From Nitrospirales bacterium (GTDB lineage Bacteria; Nitrospirota; Nitrospiria; Nitrospirales; UBA8639): DNA of 64,000 nt. How positions within the stretch are numbered: position 1 is the stretch's first letter; each line of letters starts with the position of its first letter. The translations under genes and the position numbers were made by a program. The notes under the pieces were generated by a model, which worked only from the letters and a program-made list of their open reading frames with translations, made no database searches and was not told the origin of the DNA. Location: positions 4,448,001-4,512,000 of the forward strand of contig OY820905.2 in NCBI GenBank assembly GCA_963555755.3. The letters are read 5' to 3'. Shown here piece after piece: positions 28,918-38,679 of the stretch.

Positions 28918-30339
28918 ATGCGTGTCACGAATCAACAACAGATCGACCTTGTAATGGGGTATTATCAGCGGATTCAGACGAATCTTGCCCACGTGCAGGA
29001 AGCATTGGCTTCGGGCAAGAAAGTCAATCGTCCTTCCGATGAACCGATTGCCTACGAGCAGATCATGAAGTTCCGCACTGTCCTGAATAACATTGCCAAG
29101 CGATCCCTGTCGGTTCATGAAGCGGTCTCACGGTTAAATTTGTCCGAAAGCGTGATTGGATCAGCGGAAACGATTGCTCTACGGGGGAGAGAGATTGCGT
29201 TGCAAGAGCGCAATGCCACCAGTTCAGCTACGACACGCCAAGCTGTTGCGAAAGAAGTTCATCAACTCCTGCTCAGTTTGGTGGATACAGCGAATACCAA
29301 GATCAATGAGCGATATCTGTTCTCCGGGTTTGAAACCCAAACAGCTGCCTTTGGCCTTTCGACCTTGGTTTCATCTTCTGGACGCAGTCCATCCATTTCA
29401 GCCAATGATGATAATACGGGAACGACTTCATCAACCGTGGTGATTCAAACCGCGAGTTCTCTCACGGGGAATGAATATAAAATCACCTTTTCCAATTCGA
29501 CCACCTTTGATGTCAAAAATCTTACAACGGGTGCAACAACATTAAGCAGCCAGACCTATACGTCTGGGGCCAATATTGATTTCGATGGTCTCAGAGTCGT
29601 GTTCACCGATAATCCAAGTGGTCCCTTGGGTGATGATGAATTTCAAATCACGGCGCATAATCCCTCGGACGCGACGATTACCGCCTCGATAAGCACAGCC
29701 TCTGTCCTACAACCGAATGTCTATGAAATTCGATTTACCAGCACGTCGGCCTTTGACATTGTGAATTTGACCGATAATCAGGTGTTATCGACCGGCAATG
29801 CCTATACCTCGGCCGCCAATATCGTCTTTGCTGGGATAACGGCTGTCATTACTGATGGGACGGTCACCCCTCAGGCAGGCGACCTCTTCCGGGTCCGTCC
29901 TAACTATAGTTACCAAGGTGACACCGGAAGCATTGCGGTTGAATACGAAGATGGAAAGACTATTGCCTCGAATGTTGTGGGAAGCCAAGTTTTTTCAGGA
30001 CCTGATGTCGATGTGTTCGCTACGTTGCAAGATTTGGAACAAGCGTTGCTCACCAATACCCCTTCGGACCTCGCCACGGTTATTACCAGTTTCACGACGG
30101 GGCTGGATCAGCTCACGGATGCCAGAGCGGATATTGGATCAAAAGTGAATCGTCTTGATCGCTTGGCGGAAGGGTTAGATCTACTCGCTGTGACGACACA
30201 AGGTGAACGGTCGGCCATTGAAGATACGGATTTCGCTCAAGCGGCGACGCAATTGACGACGTTGGAATTAAGCCTGGAAGCCTCGCTGTTGGTCCTCAGT
30301 CGGCAGTTCAACATCAGCCTGTTGAACTATCTTCGTTAA
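28918..30339 (+). CDS. flgL: Hook-filament junction protein FlgL
   Basis: MRVT..SGKKVNRPSD; RYLFSG; SLLNYLR. Confidence 0.95.
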   Translation: MRVTNQQQIDLVMGYYQRIQTNLAHVQEALASGKKVNRPSDEPIAYEQIMKFRTVLNNIAKRSLSVHEAVSRLNLSESVIGSAETIALRGREIALQERNATSSATTRQAVAKEVHQLLLSLVDTANTKINERYLFSGFETQTAAFGLSTLVSSSGRSPSISANDDNTGTTSSTVVIQTASSLTGNEYKITFSNSTTFDVKNLTTGATTLSSQTYTSGANIDFDGLRVVFTDNPSGPLGDDEFQITAHNPSDATITASISTASVLQPNVYEIRFTSTSAFDIVNLTDNQVLSTGNAYTSAANIVFAGITAVITDGTVTPQAGDLFRVRPNYSYQGDTGSIAVEYEDGKTIASNVVGSQVFSGPDVDVFATLQDLEQALLTNTPSDLATVITSFTTGLDQLTDARADIGSKVNRLDRLAEGLDLLAVTTQGERSAIEDTDFAQAATQLTTLELSLEASLLVLSRQFNISLLNYLR

Positions 30340-30377
30340 GCACGATCTTGGCAGTTCATGGACAATATCGCACATCC

Positions 30378-30405
30378 TTTAGTTTTTCTGTCCCTTAACC
30401 GAAAA
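30378..30405 (+). promoter_or_regulatory. Candidate sigma-28 promoter
   Basis: TTTAG-N15-ACCGAAAA upstream of the diguanylate cyclase. Confidence 0.45.
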
Positions 30406-30536
30406 GAATCTTAGTGGCCAGGAAGGCTTCCTCCCAACAACCCGACCGACGTGTTCGTCATGAAATCATGCATGGTCGGCGGACGTCCTTCCTGGATCCC
30501 TCACGCAACCGGTGAGCAAAAAAAAGGAACAGAAGT

Positions 30537-31484
30537 ATGGATATCCTGATTGCTGATGATGATCCAGTCTCATTGCACTTGCTGAAGGCCAAGTTGTTGA
30601 AATGGGACTATCAGGTGACCATTTGTACGGATGGTCAAGAGGCGTGGAAGATTTTGCAGTCGGAGACTCCGCCGGACTTGGCCATTTTGGATTGGATGAT
30701 GCCCGGATTAGATGGGGTGCAAATTTGCCGGAACGTTCGGGTCCATCGAAGTACGCCCTATATCTATTTGTTGTTGCTTACCTCTCGTGGGGATACCGCG
30801 GATCTTGTCGCGGGTATGGAAGCCGGAGCGGATGACTATCTGACCAAACCCTTCAATGTGGAAGAGCTTGAGGTGCGACTCCGTGCAGGCCGCCGGATTT
30901 TGGATCTTCAGGCCGAGCTGCTGGATGCCCAGGAATCGCTTCGTATTCAGGCCACGCATGATCCCTTAACCGGCATCTGGAATCGTGGAGCTATCCTGGA
31001 AAATATGGACCGGGAGTTAGCACGGGCACAACGCGAACAGCGCCCCATCAGCGTCATTCTTGTGGATCTTGATAATTTCAAGACCATTAATGATACCCAT
31101 GGACATTTGGTTGGGGATGCTGTCCTCGTGGAAGCGAGTCAGCGCATGCGCGCGTGTGTTCGTCCCTATGACTCTGTAGGGCGATATGGGGGAGAGGAAT
31201 TTCTCATTGTGTTGCCCGGAAGCGACGCCAGTGAGGCGCTCAATGAGGCGTCTCGGGTGAAAACGGCAGTGGGCGGACAGCCGTATGTGACCTCGGAGGT
31301 ATCCGTGTCCGTGACCTGTAGCCAGGGCGTGACGACATGGACGAGTCCCACACAAGGAGATATCGAAAGTCTTCTGAAAGCCGCGGATGGTGGAATGTAC
31401 TTGGCGAAATATAGTGGACGCAATCGGGTGGAATATTTTGAAGTTGATCGGCAGAGTTCTGGGACTCAGGTTCCCACATCATGA
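30537..31484 (+). CDS. REC-GGDEF diguanylate cyclase
   Basis: LDWMMP; DPLTG; RPYD I-site; GGEEF. Confidence 0.95.
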   Translation: MDILIADDDPVSLHLLKAKLLKWDYQVTICTDGQEAWKILQSETPPDLAILDWMMPGLDGVQICRNVRVHRSTPYIYLLLLTSRGDTADLVAGMEAGADDYLTKPFNVEELEVRLRAGRRILDLQAELLDAQESLRIQATHDPLTGIWNRGAILENMDRELARAQREQRPISVILVDLDNFKTINDTHGHLVGDAVLVEASQRMRACVRPYDSVGRYGGEEFLIVLPGSDASEALNEASRVKTAVGGQPYVTSEVSVSVTCSQGVTTWTSPTQGDIESLLKAADGGMYLAKYSGRNRVEYFEVDRQSSGTQVPTS

Positions 31485-31490
31485 ATCTTA

Positions 31491-31647
31491 GGGTTCGCGA
31501 AAGAATAACTTCCCATGTTTGGGCGTCGATCCATCCCGTCTGCCGGCGTTGCTCGTCCTTTCCATACGAGGAGTATGCGCAGTCCTCGCGCCTTGCCAGA
31601 CAGGCGCCTCAACACCCAAACATGGGAAGTTATTCTTTCGCGAACCC
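31491..31647. mobile_element. MITE family E, copy 2
   Basis: TIR GGGTTCGCGAAAGAATAACTTCCCATGTTTGGG; flanks TTA/TTG. Confidence 0.92.
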
Positions 31648-31668
31648 TTGCATGAGATCATACTGATT

Positions 31669-34014
31669 ATGTCACGCGTTCTGATTGTTCATCGTGATGC
31701 GGTGCAACGGCATTTTCTGGCTACCTTCCTGGAGCATGAAGGGTTTGAGGTCGCTCAAAGTGCCACGGCTGAAGATGCCCGCCGCCTTCTTAGCGGACAG
31801 GCTTCTATCCATGCCATGTTGGTTGACCTTGATGGGGCAAGCGTGAGTGACGGGGAGTATGGTCAATTGTTTCGTCATGCCCATGATGCTCGGTTTGCCG
31901 GCATCCCGTTTCTGTGTGTGTCCTCGCGTTTGTCAAAGATTGAGGGGGAGCGCATCGCCGCCTTTCTGGGTGGGCATGCATTTGTTTCCCTGCCAGTTGA
32001 GCCTGCCTCGTTACGACAGGGACTGGCTCAGGTCCTTGAGGGGAAGAAGCTGGGGGCTTCGCCACAGGTACTGCTAGTGGGAAATGCCATTGAGTGGTCT
32101 GCCGTCCAGGCTCTGATCTTTCGACAACATGGCTGGTCGGTTGGGGAATGCCAAGGGGCGAGTGATGTTGCGTCGTACATTGCGGCCCATTCCCCCGATC
32201 TCATCGTCATCCATCACCCTGTCCTGGAACACACGAGTTTGCAGTGGGTGCCTGAGTTAAAAAGACAGTCGTCGTCCGCCAGAATATTTGTGGCCACAGC
32301 CGATCCAGAATCACAGTTAGCCTTGGAGTTCCTCCAGTACGGTGCAAACGAATTCGTGCGCGGATATCTTAACCAAGCCTCTCTTGATGTGTTGTTCCCC
32401 AAGGTGGAGCACGAACGAGTCGGCTACCGTAGGTCATGGGAAGGTAGAGACGTTTCATCAGGTCCCAGTCAATCTACCGAGGAAATCAAAAAATTTCTCC
32501 GTGAGTTCGACGAGATCGTGATCCTGACCGATGATGAGGGAGTGATTGTTGATATCAATGCCTATGGGAGTCGAGTCCTCGATTGGCCGGTTGAAGAAAT
32601 CCGTGGACATACGTTGACGATGCTTGAACCCTCTGGACCGTTGAATTGGCCTTCTTCCGTGCAGGGTGTTGGGCAACACCGGGAGACTCGGTTTCGGACT
32701 CGAGGGGGTGCGACCATAGAGCTGCTGGTCTCTGGCTATCCGGTGTGTTGGAACGATGGAGTCAGGTGTATTCTTGTGGCGAAAAACGTACAAGAACTGG
32801 CTTTTCTCCGAACTGAAGTGCAGAGATTACAGGAGCAGGTGGAGCAATTACAAGAACTGGAGTCAGTCGGAAAGCTGGCGGGAGGCATTGCCCATGATGT
32901 CAATAATATTCTGACGGCCATTCAGGGGCATGCCAGTCTCCTCGCGCATAAAGGATCCACGGATACTTCGATCCAACAACCTGTGAAAGTCATTCGTCAA
33001 GCGGTTCATCGCGGACAAGAGCTGACGGCACAACTTCTCGGTACGGCACGGCGAGAGAACGAACGTCGATCGTCTCTCAACGTGCATGACACGATTGAAG
33101 AAGTGCTTGCCCTCCTCTCTGGCGATCGGGCCAATGGAATTCAGATTACCAGAGAATTTGAGGCTCGAGATTCCTGGATCAAGGGGAATGCCCGGCAACT
33201 GCATCAGGTCTTGTTAAACCTTATCGTGAACGCCTGTGATGCCATGCCGGAAGGGGGAACGATCACGATTGCCACGGTTTCCTATTTACAAGGAGACCTC
33301 ACTGGTCACCAGGCCTTCCCTCTTCAAGGACATCCCTTTTTAGAAATTCGTGTGACGGACTCAGGATGTGGTATCCCGGATGAACTCCGACAGGCTGTGT
33401 TTGAGCCATTTTTTTCGACCAAACCTTCTACGAAGGGATCGGGAATGGGGTTAGCCATCGTCAAAGAGATCGTGGAAGCGCATGGTGGTCGAATCACCAT
33501 GTCCAGCCAGGTCAATCACGGCACGTCCTTTCACCTCTATTTCCCACAAGTCCAACAGACTCAGTCTGATCTGATCCACTTGCCCACTGTGTTGGGGAGG
33601 CCCAATCCAAGAATTCTTGTTGTGGATGATGAGCCCCTTGTCGTGGAAACCACAGCGGAAATGTTGCGACTCTTTGAATGCGAACCGCGGGTTGTTCCCA
33701 GTGGTGAAGAGGCGATTGCATGGTATCGAGAACATCCCGACGAGATTGACTTGATTGTGTTGGATCTCTCCATGCCGTCGATGAGTGGGGAAGATTGTTT
33801 CCAAGGACTTCGGGCGATTAACCCCTCGGTGAAGGTGGTGTTTGCCAGTGGGGCTGAGAAATTTTTTCCCGTTCAACAGCTCATCGACGACGGTTTGGCA
33901 GGGTTTGTGCAAAAGCCTTTTGATGTTGAGGATTTGTCTCAGGCCCTCAAGAAGGTGTGCGTGAACGATCGGGAAGATGCTTCGTATGCCCTGTCCGGTC
34001 TTTCGGCAACATGA
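31669..34014 (+). CDS. Hybrid histidine kinase (two degenerate REC, PAS, HisKA, HATPase, REC)
   Basis: AGGIAHDVNN, NACDAM, DSGCGI, EPFFSTK..GSGMGL, C-terminal VVDDE..LDLSMP..KPF. Confidence 0.93.
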   Translation: MSRVLIVHRDAVQRHFLATFLEHEGFEVAQSATAEDARRLLSGQASIHAMLVDLDGASVSDGEYGQLFRHAHDARFAGIPFLCVSSRLSKIEGERIAAFLGGHAFVSLPVEPASLRQGLAQVLEGKKLGASPQVLLVGNAIEWSAVQALIFRQHGWSVGECQGASDVASYIAAHSPDLIVIHHPVLEHTSLQWVPELKRQSSSARIFVATADPESQLALEFLQYGANEFVRGYLNQASLDVLFPKVEHERVGYRRSWEGRDVSSGPSQSTEEIKKFLREFDEIVILTDDEGVIVDINAYGSRVLDWPVEEIRGHTLTMLEPSGPLNWPSSVQGVGQHRETRFRTRGGATIELLVSGYPVCWNDGVRCILVAKNVQELAFLRTEVQRLQEQVEQLQELESVGKLAGGIAHDVNNILTAIQGHASLLAHKGSTDTSIQQPVKVIRQAVHRGQELTAQLLGTARRENERRSSLNVHDTIEEVLALLSGDRANGIQITREFEARDSWIKGNARQLHQVLLNLIVNACDAMPEGGTITIATVSYLQGDLTGHQAFPLQGHPFLEIRVTDSGCGIPDELRQAVFEPFFSTKPSTKGSGMGLAIVKEIVEAHGGRITMSSQVNHGTSFHLYFPQVQQTQSDLIHLPTVLGRPNPRILVVDDEPLVVETTAEMLRLFECEPRVVPSGEEAIAWYREHPDEIDLIVLDLSMPSMSGEDCFQGLRAINPSVKVVFASGAEKFFPVQQLIDDGLAGFVQKPFDVEDLSQALKKVCVNDREDASYALSGLSAT

Positions 34015-34038
34015 GGGAAGGAATCTAACTTCTTGAAA

Positions 34039-34160
34039 GGGAACGTTGAAAAAAGCCGCCAGCGGCGTTCTCGCCATTTTGCCGTGCTCACGTACTCCAT
34101 GTACGCTCCGCGCGTCAAAATGGGTGCGGCCTTGCTGGACGGACTTTTTTGAACATTCCC
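34039..34160. mobile_element. MITE-like family F, copy 1 (122 bp)
   Basis: GGGAACGTTGAAAAAAG / CTTTTTTGAACATTCCC; inverted copy at 61568-61689. Confidence 0.88.
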
Positions 34161-34178
34161 TGAAAGGTGAGTGACTCT

Positions 34179-34661
34179 ATGGTGGAAATTGTGACGAGTC
34201 GATTCGGTCCTTTGGAGATCCCGGACGAAGATGTGCTCACGTTCCAAGCCGGATTGATCGGGTTTAGCCAACATACCCGGTTTTCCTTGCTTGGGGGGGG
34301 GCGAGGGCTAGGGTATGAATGGCTGCAATCTCTCGATGACGGGAATATCGCTTTTGTGGTGGTACAGCCTGGGTTAATCAAGCCGGATTATCATATCCAG
34401 ATTCAGGATGACGCCTTGCATGAAATCGAGTTCCAAGAAGGGGATGATGTGGTGGTATTATCGATCGTGACCATTCCGCCGAACGAACCTGAAAAAGCCA
34501 CCGTGAATTTGCAAGGGCCTCTGATCATCAATGCCACGCGGAATCGGGGAAAACAAATCATTCTCAACGAGTCATTTCCCATTCGGTATCCCTTAAATTC
34601 CGCTAAACCCGAGGTTGAGCAAGAAGTGGAAAATCCTGCGCAAACCGCAGTGAATACCTAG
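34179..34661 (+). CDS. fliW: Flagellar assembly factor FliW
   Basis: TSRFG..GLIGF..WLQS..TVNLQGPLIIN. Confidence 0.95.
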   Translation: MVEIVTSRFGPLEIPDEDVLTFQAGLIGFSQHTRFSLLGGGRGLGYEWLQSLDDGNIAFVVVQPGLIKPDYHIQIQDDALHEIEFQEGDDVVVLSIVTIPPNEPEKATVNLQGPLIINATRNRGKQIILNESFPIRYPLNSAKPEVEQEVENPAQTAVNT

Positions 34662-34722
34662 TGTAGATGGTGCGCTGAAGACAAGTATGAAATTTTGACG
34701 TTTGTCTGCCAAGGAGGGCGAC

Positions 34723-34977
34723 ATGTTAATTTTGACTCGCAAGGAAGGCGAAGGAATCCGTCTCGGGGACGATATTCGAATAGTGCTTGTCCAGTTGAGA
34801 GGCAATCAGGTGAGACTCGGGATCGAGTGCCCGAAAAACATGCGTGTGCTACGGGATGAATTGTATCAAGCGGTTTGCAAGGAAAACCTCGCGGCGATGG
34901 CTGCTGATCCGACGCATGTGCCAGATCTGACCATACATATCCTTCCGCAAACTTCCAATGATTCTCCGAATCCCTAG
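34723..34977 (+). CDS. csrA: Carbon storage regulator CsrA
   Basis: MLILTRKEGEGIRLGDDI..VRLGIECP..RDE. Confidence 0.95.
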   Translation: MLILTRKEGEGIRLGDDIRIVLVQLRGNQVRLGIECPKNMRVLRDELYQAVCKENLAAMAADPTHVPDLTIHILPQTSNDSPNP

Positions 34978-35192
34978 TCTCGTTGCTCGTCTCTCGTCGC
35001 TCGAAAAAAATGAACCTACAGTCACCAGCGACTAGTGACTAATTTGCCTCCCGGTCAAATTTTCCTATCCCGTTTGAGTGGGACATCCTGTTCCTGGGTC
35101 GCGGGTGAGTGCCACTGCCCGTCAATTCACCGTTTGATGCTCGAATGACGTCAAGTCTGACAACGAATCTCACAAAACCAACAGAAAAAGTG

Positions 35193-35208
35193 TGGCACGG
35201 ATATTGGA
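35193..35208 (+). promoter_or_regulatory. Possible sigma-54 promoter of the pse operon
   Basis: TGGCACG-GATA-TTGGA; the -12 GC is GG here. Confidence 0.4.
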
Positions 35209-35255
35209 AGGTATCACCAAGAGAACCTGTTGCCTCAGGAAGGAGTGTCTCTGCA

Positions 35256-36332
35256 ATGGCCAAAAATTTATCGAGTCTCATCCAGCGAAATCTTCAGGGC
35301 AAGACCATTTTGTTAACGGGAGGAACAGGGTCATTTGGTCAACGGTTGACCAAGATCTTGGTCGAGCACTTCTCGTTTAAAGCCCTGAGGATCTTTAGCC
35401 GCGACGAGTTGAAACAGCACGATATGGCTCGCCAGTTCACTGATGATCGGATTCGGTTTTTTATTGGCGATGTGCGGGATGCGAGTCGAGTGGAACGAGC
35501 GGCGCAGGGGGCAAACGTGATTATTCACGCAGCCGCGATGAAACAAGTCCCGATCTGCGAATACAATCCGTTTGAAGCGGTACGGACGAACGTGCTCGGC
35601 GCCCAAAATCTCATTGATGCGGCGATTGATCAACATGTGCAACAAATTTTGGCCCTGAGTACGGATAAAGCGGTGAATCCGATTAACCTCTATGGCGCCA
35701 CAAAGCTCTGTGCCGAACGTATTTTTATTCAGGGGAATAGTTATGCTGGTACGCGGCCCACCCGGATGAGCTGTGTCCGTTATGGGAATGTGCTGGGAAG
35801 CCGTGGCAGTGTGGTGCCAATCTTCGAGTTTCAACGGAGCCAAGGCAACGTTACGGTAACGGATAAGCGGATGACGCGGTTCTGGCTGACATTGGATCAA
35901 GCGGCCTGGTTTGTATTGCGCTCCCTCACACTTGCCCGTGGTGGAGAAATCTTCGTGCCCAAAATCCCTAGTATTAGGATTTTGGATTTGGTTGAGGCTA
36001 TGGCGCCGGACTGTTCCATCCAATATATAGGGCTTCGGCCGGGAGAAAAGCTTCACGAAGTCCTGTTGACTGAAGATGAGAGTCGGCATGCGATGGAATA
36101 TGACGATTTGTTTACGATTCTTCCTGAATATCAATCGTGGCAGGGGCGGGCACGCGAAGGGACTGCGGGAAGACGCCGATCCCTTCCCGAAGGCTTCCGG
36201 TACAGCAGTGACAACAACACCCACTGGCTGTGCGTTCCCGAACTAAGAACTCTCTTAGTGCAAAATGGGTTTAGTACGGGAACCTTAGCGAACAAGAAGT
36301 CTCGCGGGTTGGTGGTGTATGCAAAAGTTTGA
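35256..36332 (+). CDS. pseB: UDP-GlcNAc 4,6-dehydratase (inverting)
   Basis: TGGTGSFG, FSRDELKQ, STDKA..NLYGATK, RYGNV.GSRGSV. Confidence 0.95.
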   Translation: MAKNLSSLIQRNLQGKTILLTGGTGSFGQRLTKILVEHFSFKALRIFSRDELKQHDMARQFTDDRIRFFIGDVRDASRVERAAQGANVIIHAAAMKQVPICEYNPFEAVRTNVLGAQNLIDAAIDQHVQQILALSTDKAVNPINLYGATKLCAERIFIQGNSYAGTRPTRMSCVRYGNVLGSRGSVVPIFEFQRSQGNVTVTDKRMTRFWLTLDQAAWFVLRSLTLARGGEIFVPKIPSIRILDLVEAMAPDCSIQYIGLRPGEKLHEVLLTEDESRHAMEYDDLFTILPEYQSWQGRAREGTAGRRRSLPEGFRYSSDNNTHWLCVPELRTLLVQNGFSTGTLANKKSRGLVVYAKV

Positions 36333-36337
36333 GGCTC

Positions 36338-37747
36338 ATGATTCCCTACGGACGGCACAGTATTGACGACGCTGACATCGCTGCAGTGGTGGATGTCTTG
36401 GCATCGGATTGGTTGACCACGGGGCCGACACTTGTCGAGTTCGAACAGGCGGTGGCCCATACGGTAGATGCACCAGAGGCTGTTGCTGTTTCCAATGGAA
36501 CCGCTGCGCTTCATTGCGCGATACATGCCATTGGATTGCAACCGGGAGATGAAGTCATTCTCCCGCCGCTCACGTTCGTGGCCACCGCCAATGCCATTGT
36601 GATGTGTGGGGGTGTGCCGGTGTTTTCCGATGTCGATCCCGAGACTCTGTTACTCGATCCTCAAGCCGTTGAAGAGAAAGTGACTCCTCGAACCAAGGCT
36701 ATCCTTGCGGTGGATTATGCGGGACAACCATGTGACTACCATGCGCTTCGTCATATTGCGAAGCGGCACGGGTTGGTCCTTATGGCTGACGCCTGCCACG
36801 CCTTAGGGGCTTCGCTTCATGGTTGCCCAGTGGGTTCGTTGGCTGACCTCACGATCTTTAGTTTTCATCCGGTGAAGGCCATGACCACAGGCGAAGGTGG
36901 AATGGTGGTCACGCAGCAACCCGAGTATGCCAACCGGATGCGAATCTTTCGCAACCATGGCATTACCACGGATCATCAAGAACGGTTGGCGAGACAGACG
37001 TGGGAATATCAGATGATCTGTTTGGGCATGAATTACCGATTGACAGATTTTCAATGTGCGTTGGGGCTGAGCCAGTTACGGAAACTTCAGAGGTGGGTCA
37101 TGCGTCGCCAGACCATTGCCTCTCAGTATGACAACGCTTTGGCCACTATTCCTGGGATTCATCCGGTCTTGGCCCGTTCTGGTGTGTCTCATGCCTACCA
37201 TTTGTATGTGATTCAGGTCGAGAAAGAAAAGTTTGGAGTAGACCGCGGCACCTTGTTTTCGTTACTGCGAGAACAAGGGATCGGCGTTCAGGTGCATTAC
37301 ATTCCCGTACATTTACAACCGTTTTATCAAAATCAATTTGGAACAGGTCCGGGGCTGTGCCCGATTGCAGAGGCAGCATACGAAAAGATGCTTTCCCTTC
37401 CGATTTATCCGTTACTTCAAGATCAAGAAGTTGATGGAATTGTTAACGCTATTCAAAAGGAGGCAAAAAGAATGTCAACGTTTAGTTTGAGTGATCCAAA
37501 CCTTAGCTCAAGCATTAGAGGGCTTTTCCTTTTCCGAATAGGTCAACGAGTATGTCCCCTTCACCAGGATGGGAGACCAGATCTTGGTAAGGTAGGGGAA
37601 GTCATTGATGGAGAATTAAAAGTTGCGAATCCTGAAAAAGCCGGGTCGCGTGGTGAGACCTATCAGGTCCGCTTAGAGAATGGTGAAGTTATAGCCCTAA
37701 ATTTTCCTGAAATAACTGAGGCCCCAGAAATGGTATCCCAGGCGTAA
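36338..37747 (+). CDS. pseC: PseC/DegT aminotransferase with ~91 aa C-terminal extension
   Basis: IPYGRHSI, SFHPVK..TTGEGG, VQVHYIPV. Confidence 0.93.
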   Translation: MIPYGRHSIDDADIAAVVDVLASDWLTTGPTLVEFEQAVAHTVDAPEAVAVSNGTAALHCAIHAIGLQPGDEVILPPLTFVATANAIVMCGGVPVFSDVDPETLLLDPQAVEEKVTPRTKAILAVDYAGQPCDYHALRHIAKRHGLVLMADACHALGASLHGCPVGSLADLTIFSFHPVKAMTTGEGGMVVTQQPEYANRMRIFRNHGITTDHQERLARQTWEYQMICLGMNYRLTDFQCALGLSQLRKLQRWVMRRQTIASQYDNALATIPGIHPVLARSGVSHAYHLYVIQVEKEKFGVDRGTLFSLLREQGIGVQVHYIPVHLQPFYQNQFGTGPGLCPIAEAAYEKMLSLPIYPLLQDQEVDGIVNAIQKEAKRMSTFSLSDPNLSSSIRGLFLFRIGQRVCPLHQDGRPDLGKVGEVIDGELKVANPEKAGSRGETYQVRLENGEVIALNFPEITEAPEMVSQA

Positions 37748-37785
37748 GCTGTTCAATGTGCAAATGAATTTCCCAAAAGAAAATA

Positions 37786-38679
37786 ATGGTTCAGAAATTA
37801 AATCCTAGAAACATTTCTTTCGTCGCAGAAGTCTCAAGTAATCATCACCAAGACTTGGAGCGGTGTTTTTCGTTTATCGATCGCGCCGCTGCCATAGGAT
37901 GTGCGGCAGTCAAGTTTCAGTTGTTTAAAATACGCGAGCTCTTTGCACCTGCAGCATTCGAACACAATGAGGCGCTGTTGCGGCGGGAACAATGGGAATT
38001 GCCAGTGTCCTTCATCCCGCAATTGGCTGATCGATGTTGTCAACAACGCATTCAATTTTCTTGCACACCTTTTTATCTGGAGGCTGTGACGGAACTCGAA
38101 CCGTATATTGATTTTTACAAGGTCGCCTCATACGAGTTGTTGTGGGACGATTTGCTCAAGGCTTGTGCTCGAACTGGAAAACCCGTGGTGCTCTCCACGG
38201 GGATGGCGACACTCGATGAAGTGGTCCATGCCACAAGGATAGTGCGCGACGCCGGATGTCACGATCTGACGGTGTTGCACTGTGTCTCCGGGTACCCCGC
38301 TGCTCCCGATGAGTGCAATCTCTCCTGCATCGAGACACTCCGCGGACAGTGCGGATGTTTGGTTGGGTGGTCGGACCATACGGTCAACCCTGCGGTGATT
38401 CATCGCGCGGTGCATCGATGGGGCGCCACGATGGTGGAATTTCATTTGGACTTGGATCAACAGGGTGAAGAATATCAGTCTGGGCATTGCTGGCTTCCGG
38501 AAGAAATCGCTCCAGTGATTCAAAGTCTGGGCTGTGGTTTTGGTGCCGATGGGCATGGCGAAAAAGTGCCAACCGCCAGTGAGATGGATGAGCGCCAATG
38601 GCGTGCCGATCCTGTCGATGGTTTACGACCGCTTCAAGAAGTGAGGGAAGCATGGAAACAACCAGCCAGCGTCCTGTAG
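37786..38679 (+). CDS. pseI: NeuB/PseI-family nonulosonate synthase (no C-terminal SAF domain apparent)
   Basis: AEVSSNH, VKFQ, KVAS, STGMA, LHCVSGYP, GWSDHT; pseI assigned from context. Confidence 0.8.
   Translation: MVQKLNPRNISFVAEVSSNHHQDLERCFSFIDRAAAIGCAAVKFQLFKIRELFAPAAFEHNEALLRREQWELPVSFIPQLADRCCQQRIQFSCTPFYLEAVTELEPYIDFYKVASYELLWDDLLKACARTGKPVVLSTGMATLDEVVHATRIVRDAGCHDLTVLHCVSGYPAAPDECNLSCIETLRGQCGCLVGWSDHTVNPAVIHRAVHRWGATMVEFHLDLDQQGEEYQSGHCWLPEEIAPVIQSLGCGFGADGHGEKVPTASEMDERQWRADPVDGLRPLQEVREAWKQPASVL

Noticed and set aside
31519..31668. Long N-terminal extensions in the ORF track (also 8970, 19665, 21851, 35109, 52285)
   Set aside because: They derive from repeats or UTRs; downstream ATGs fit domain starts and, in most cases, an RBS
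35331..36224. 297-aa antisense ORF (also 23001-23765, 24112-24735, 33451-34077, 55342-55812)
   Set aside because: Shadow frames of well-conserved + strand genes with no recognisable motifs
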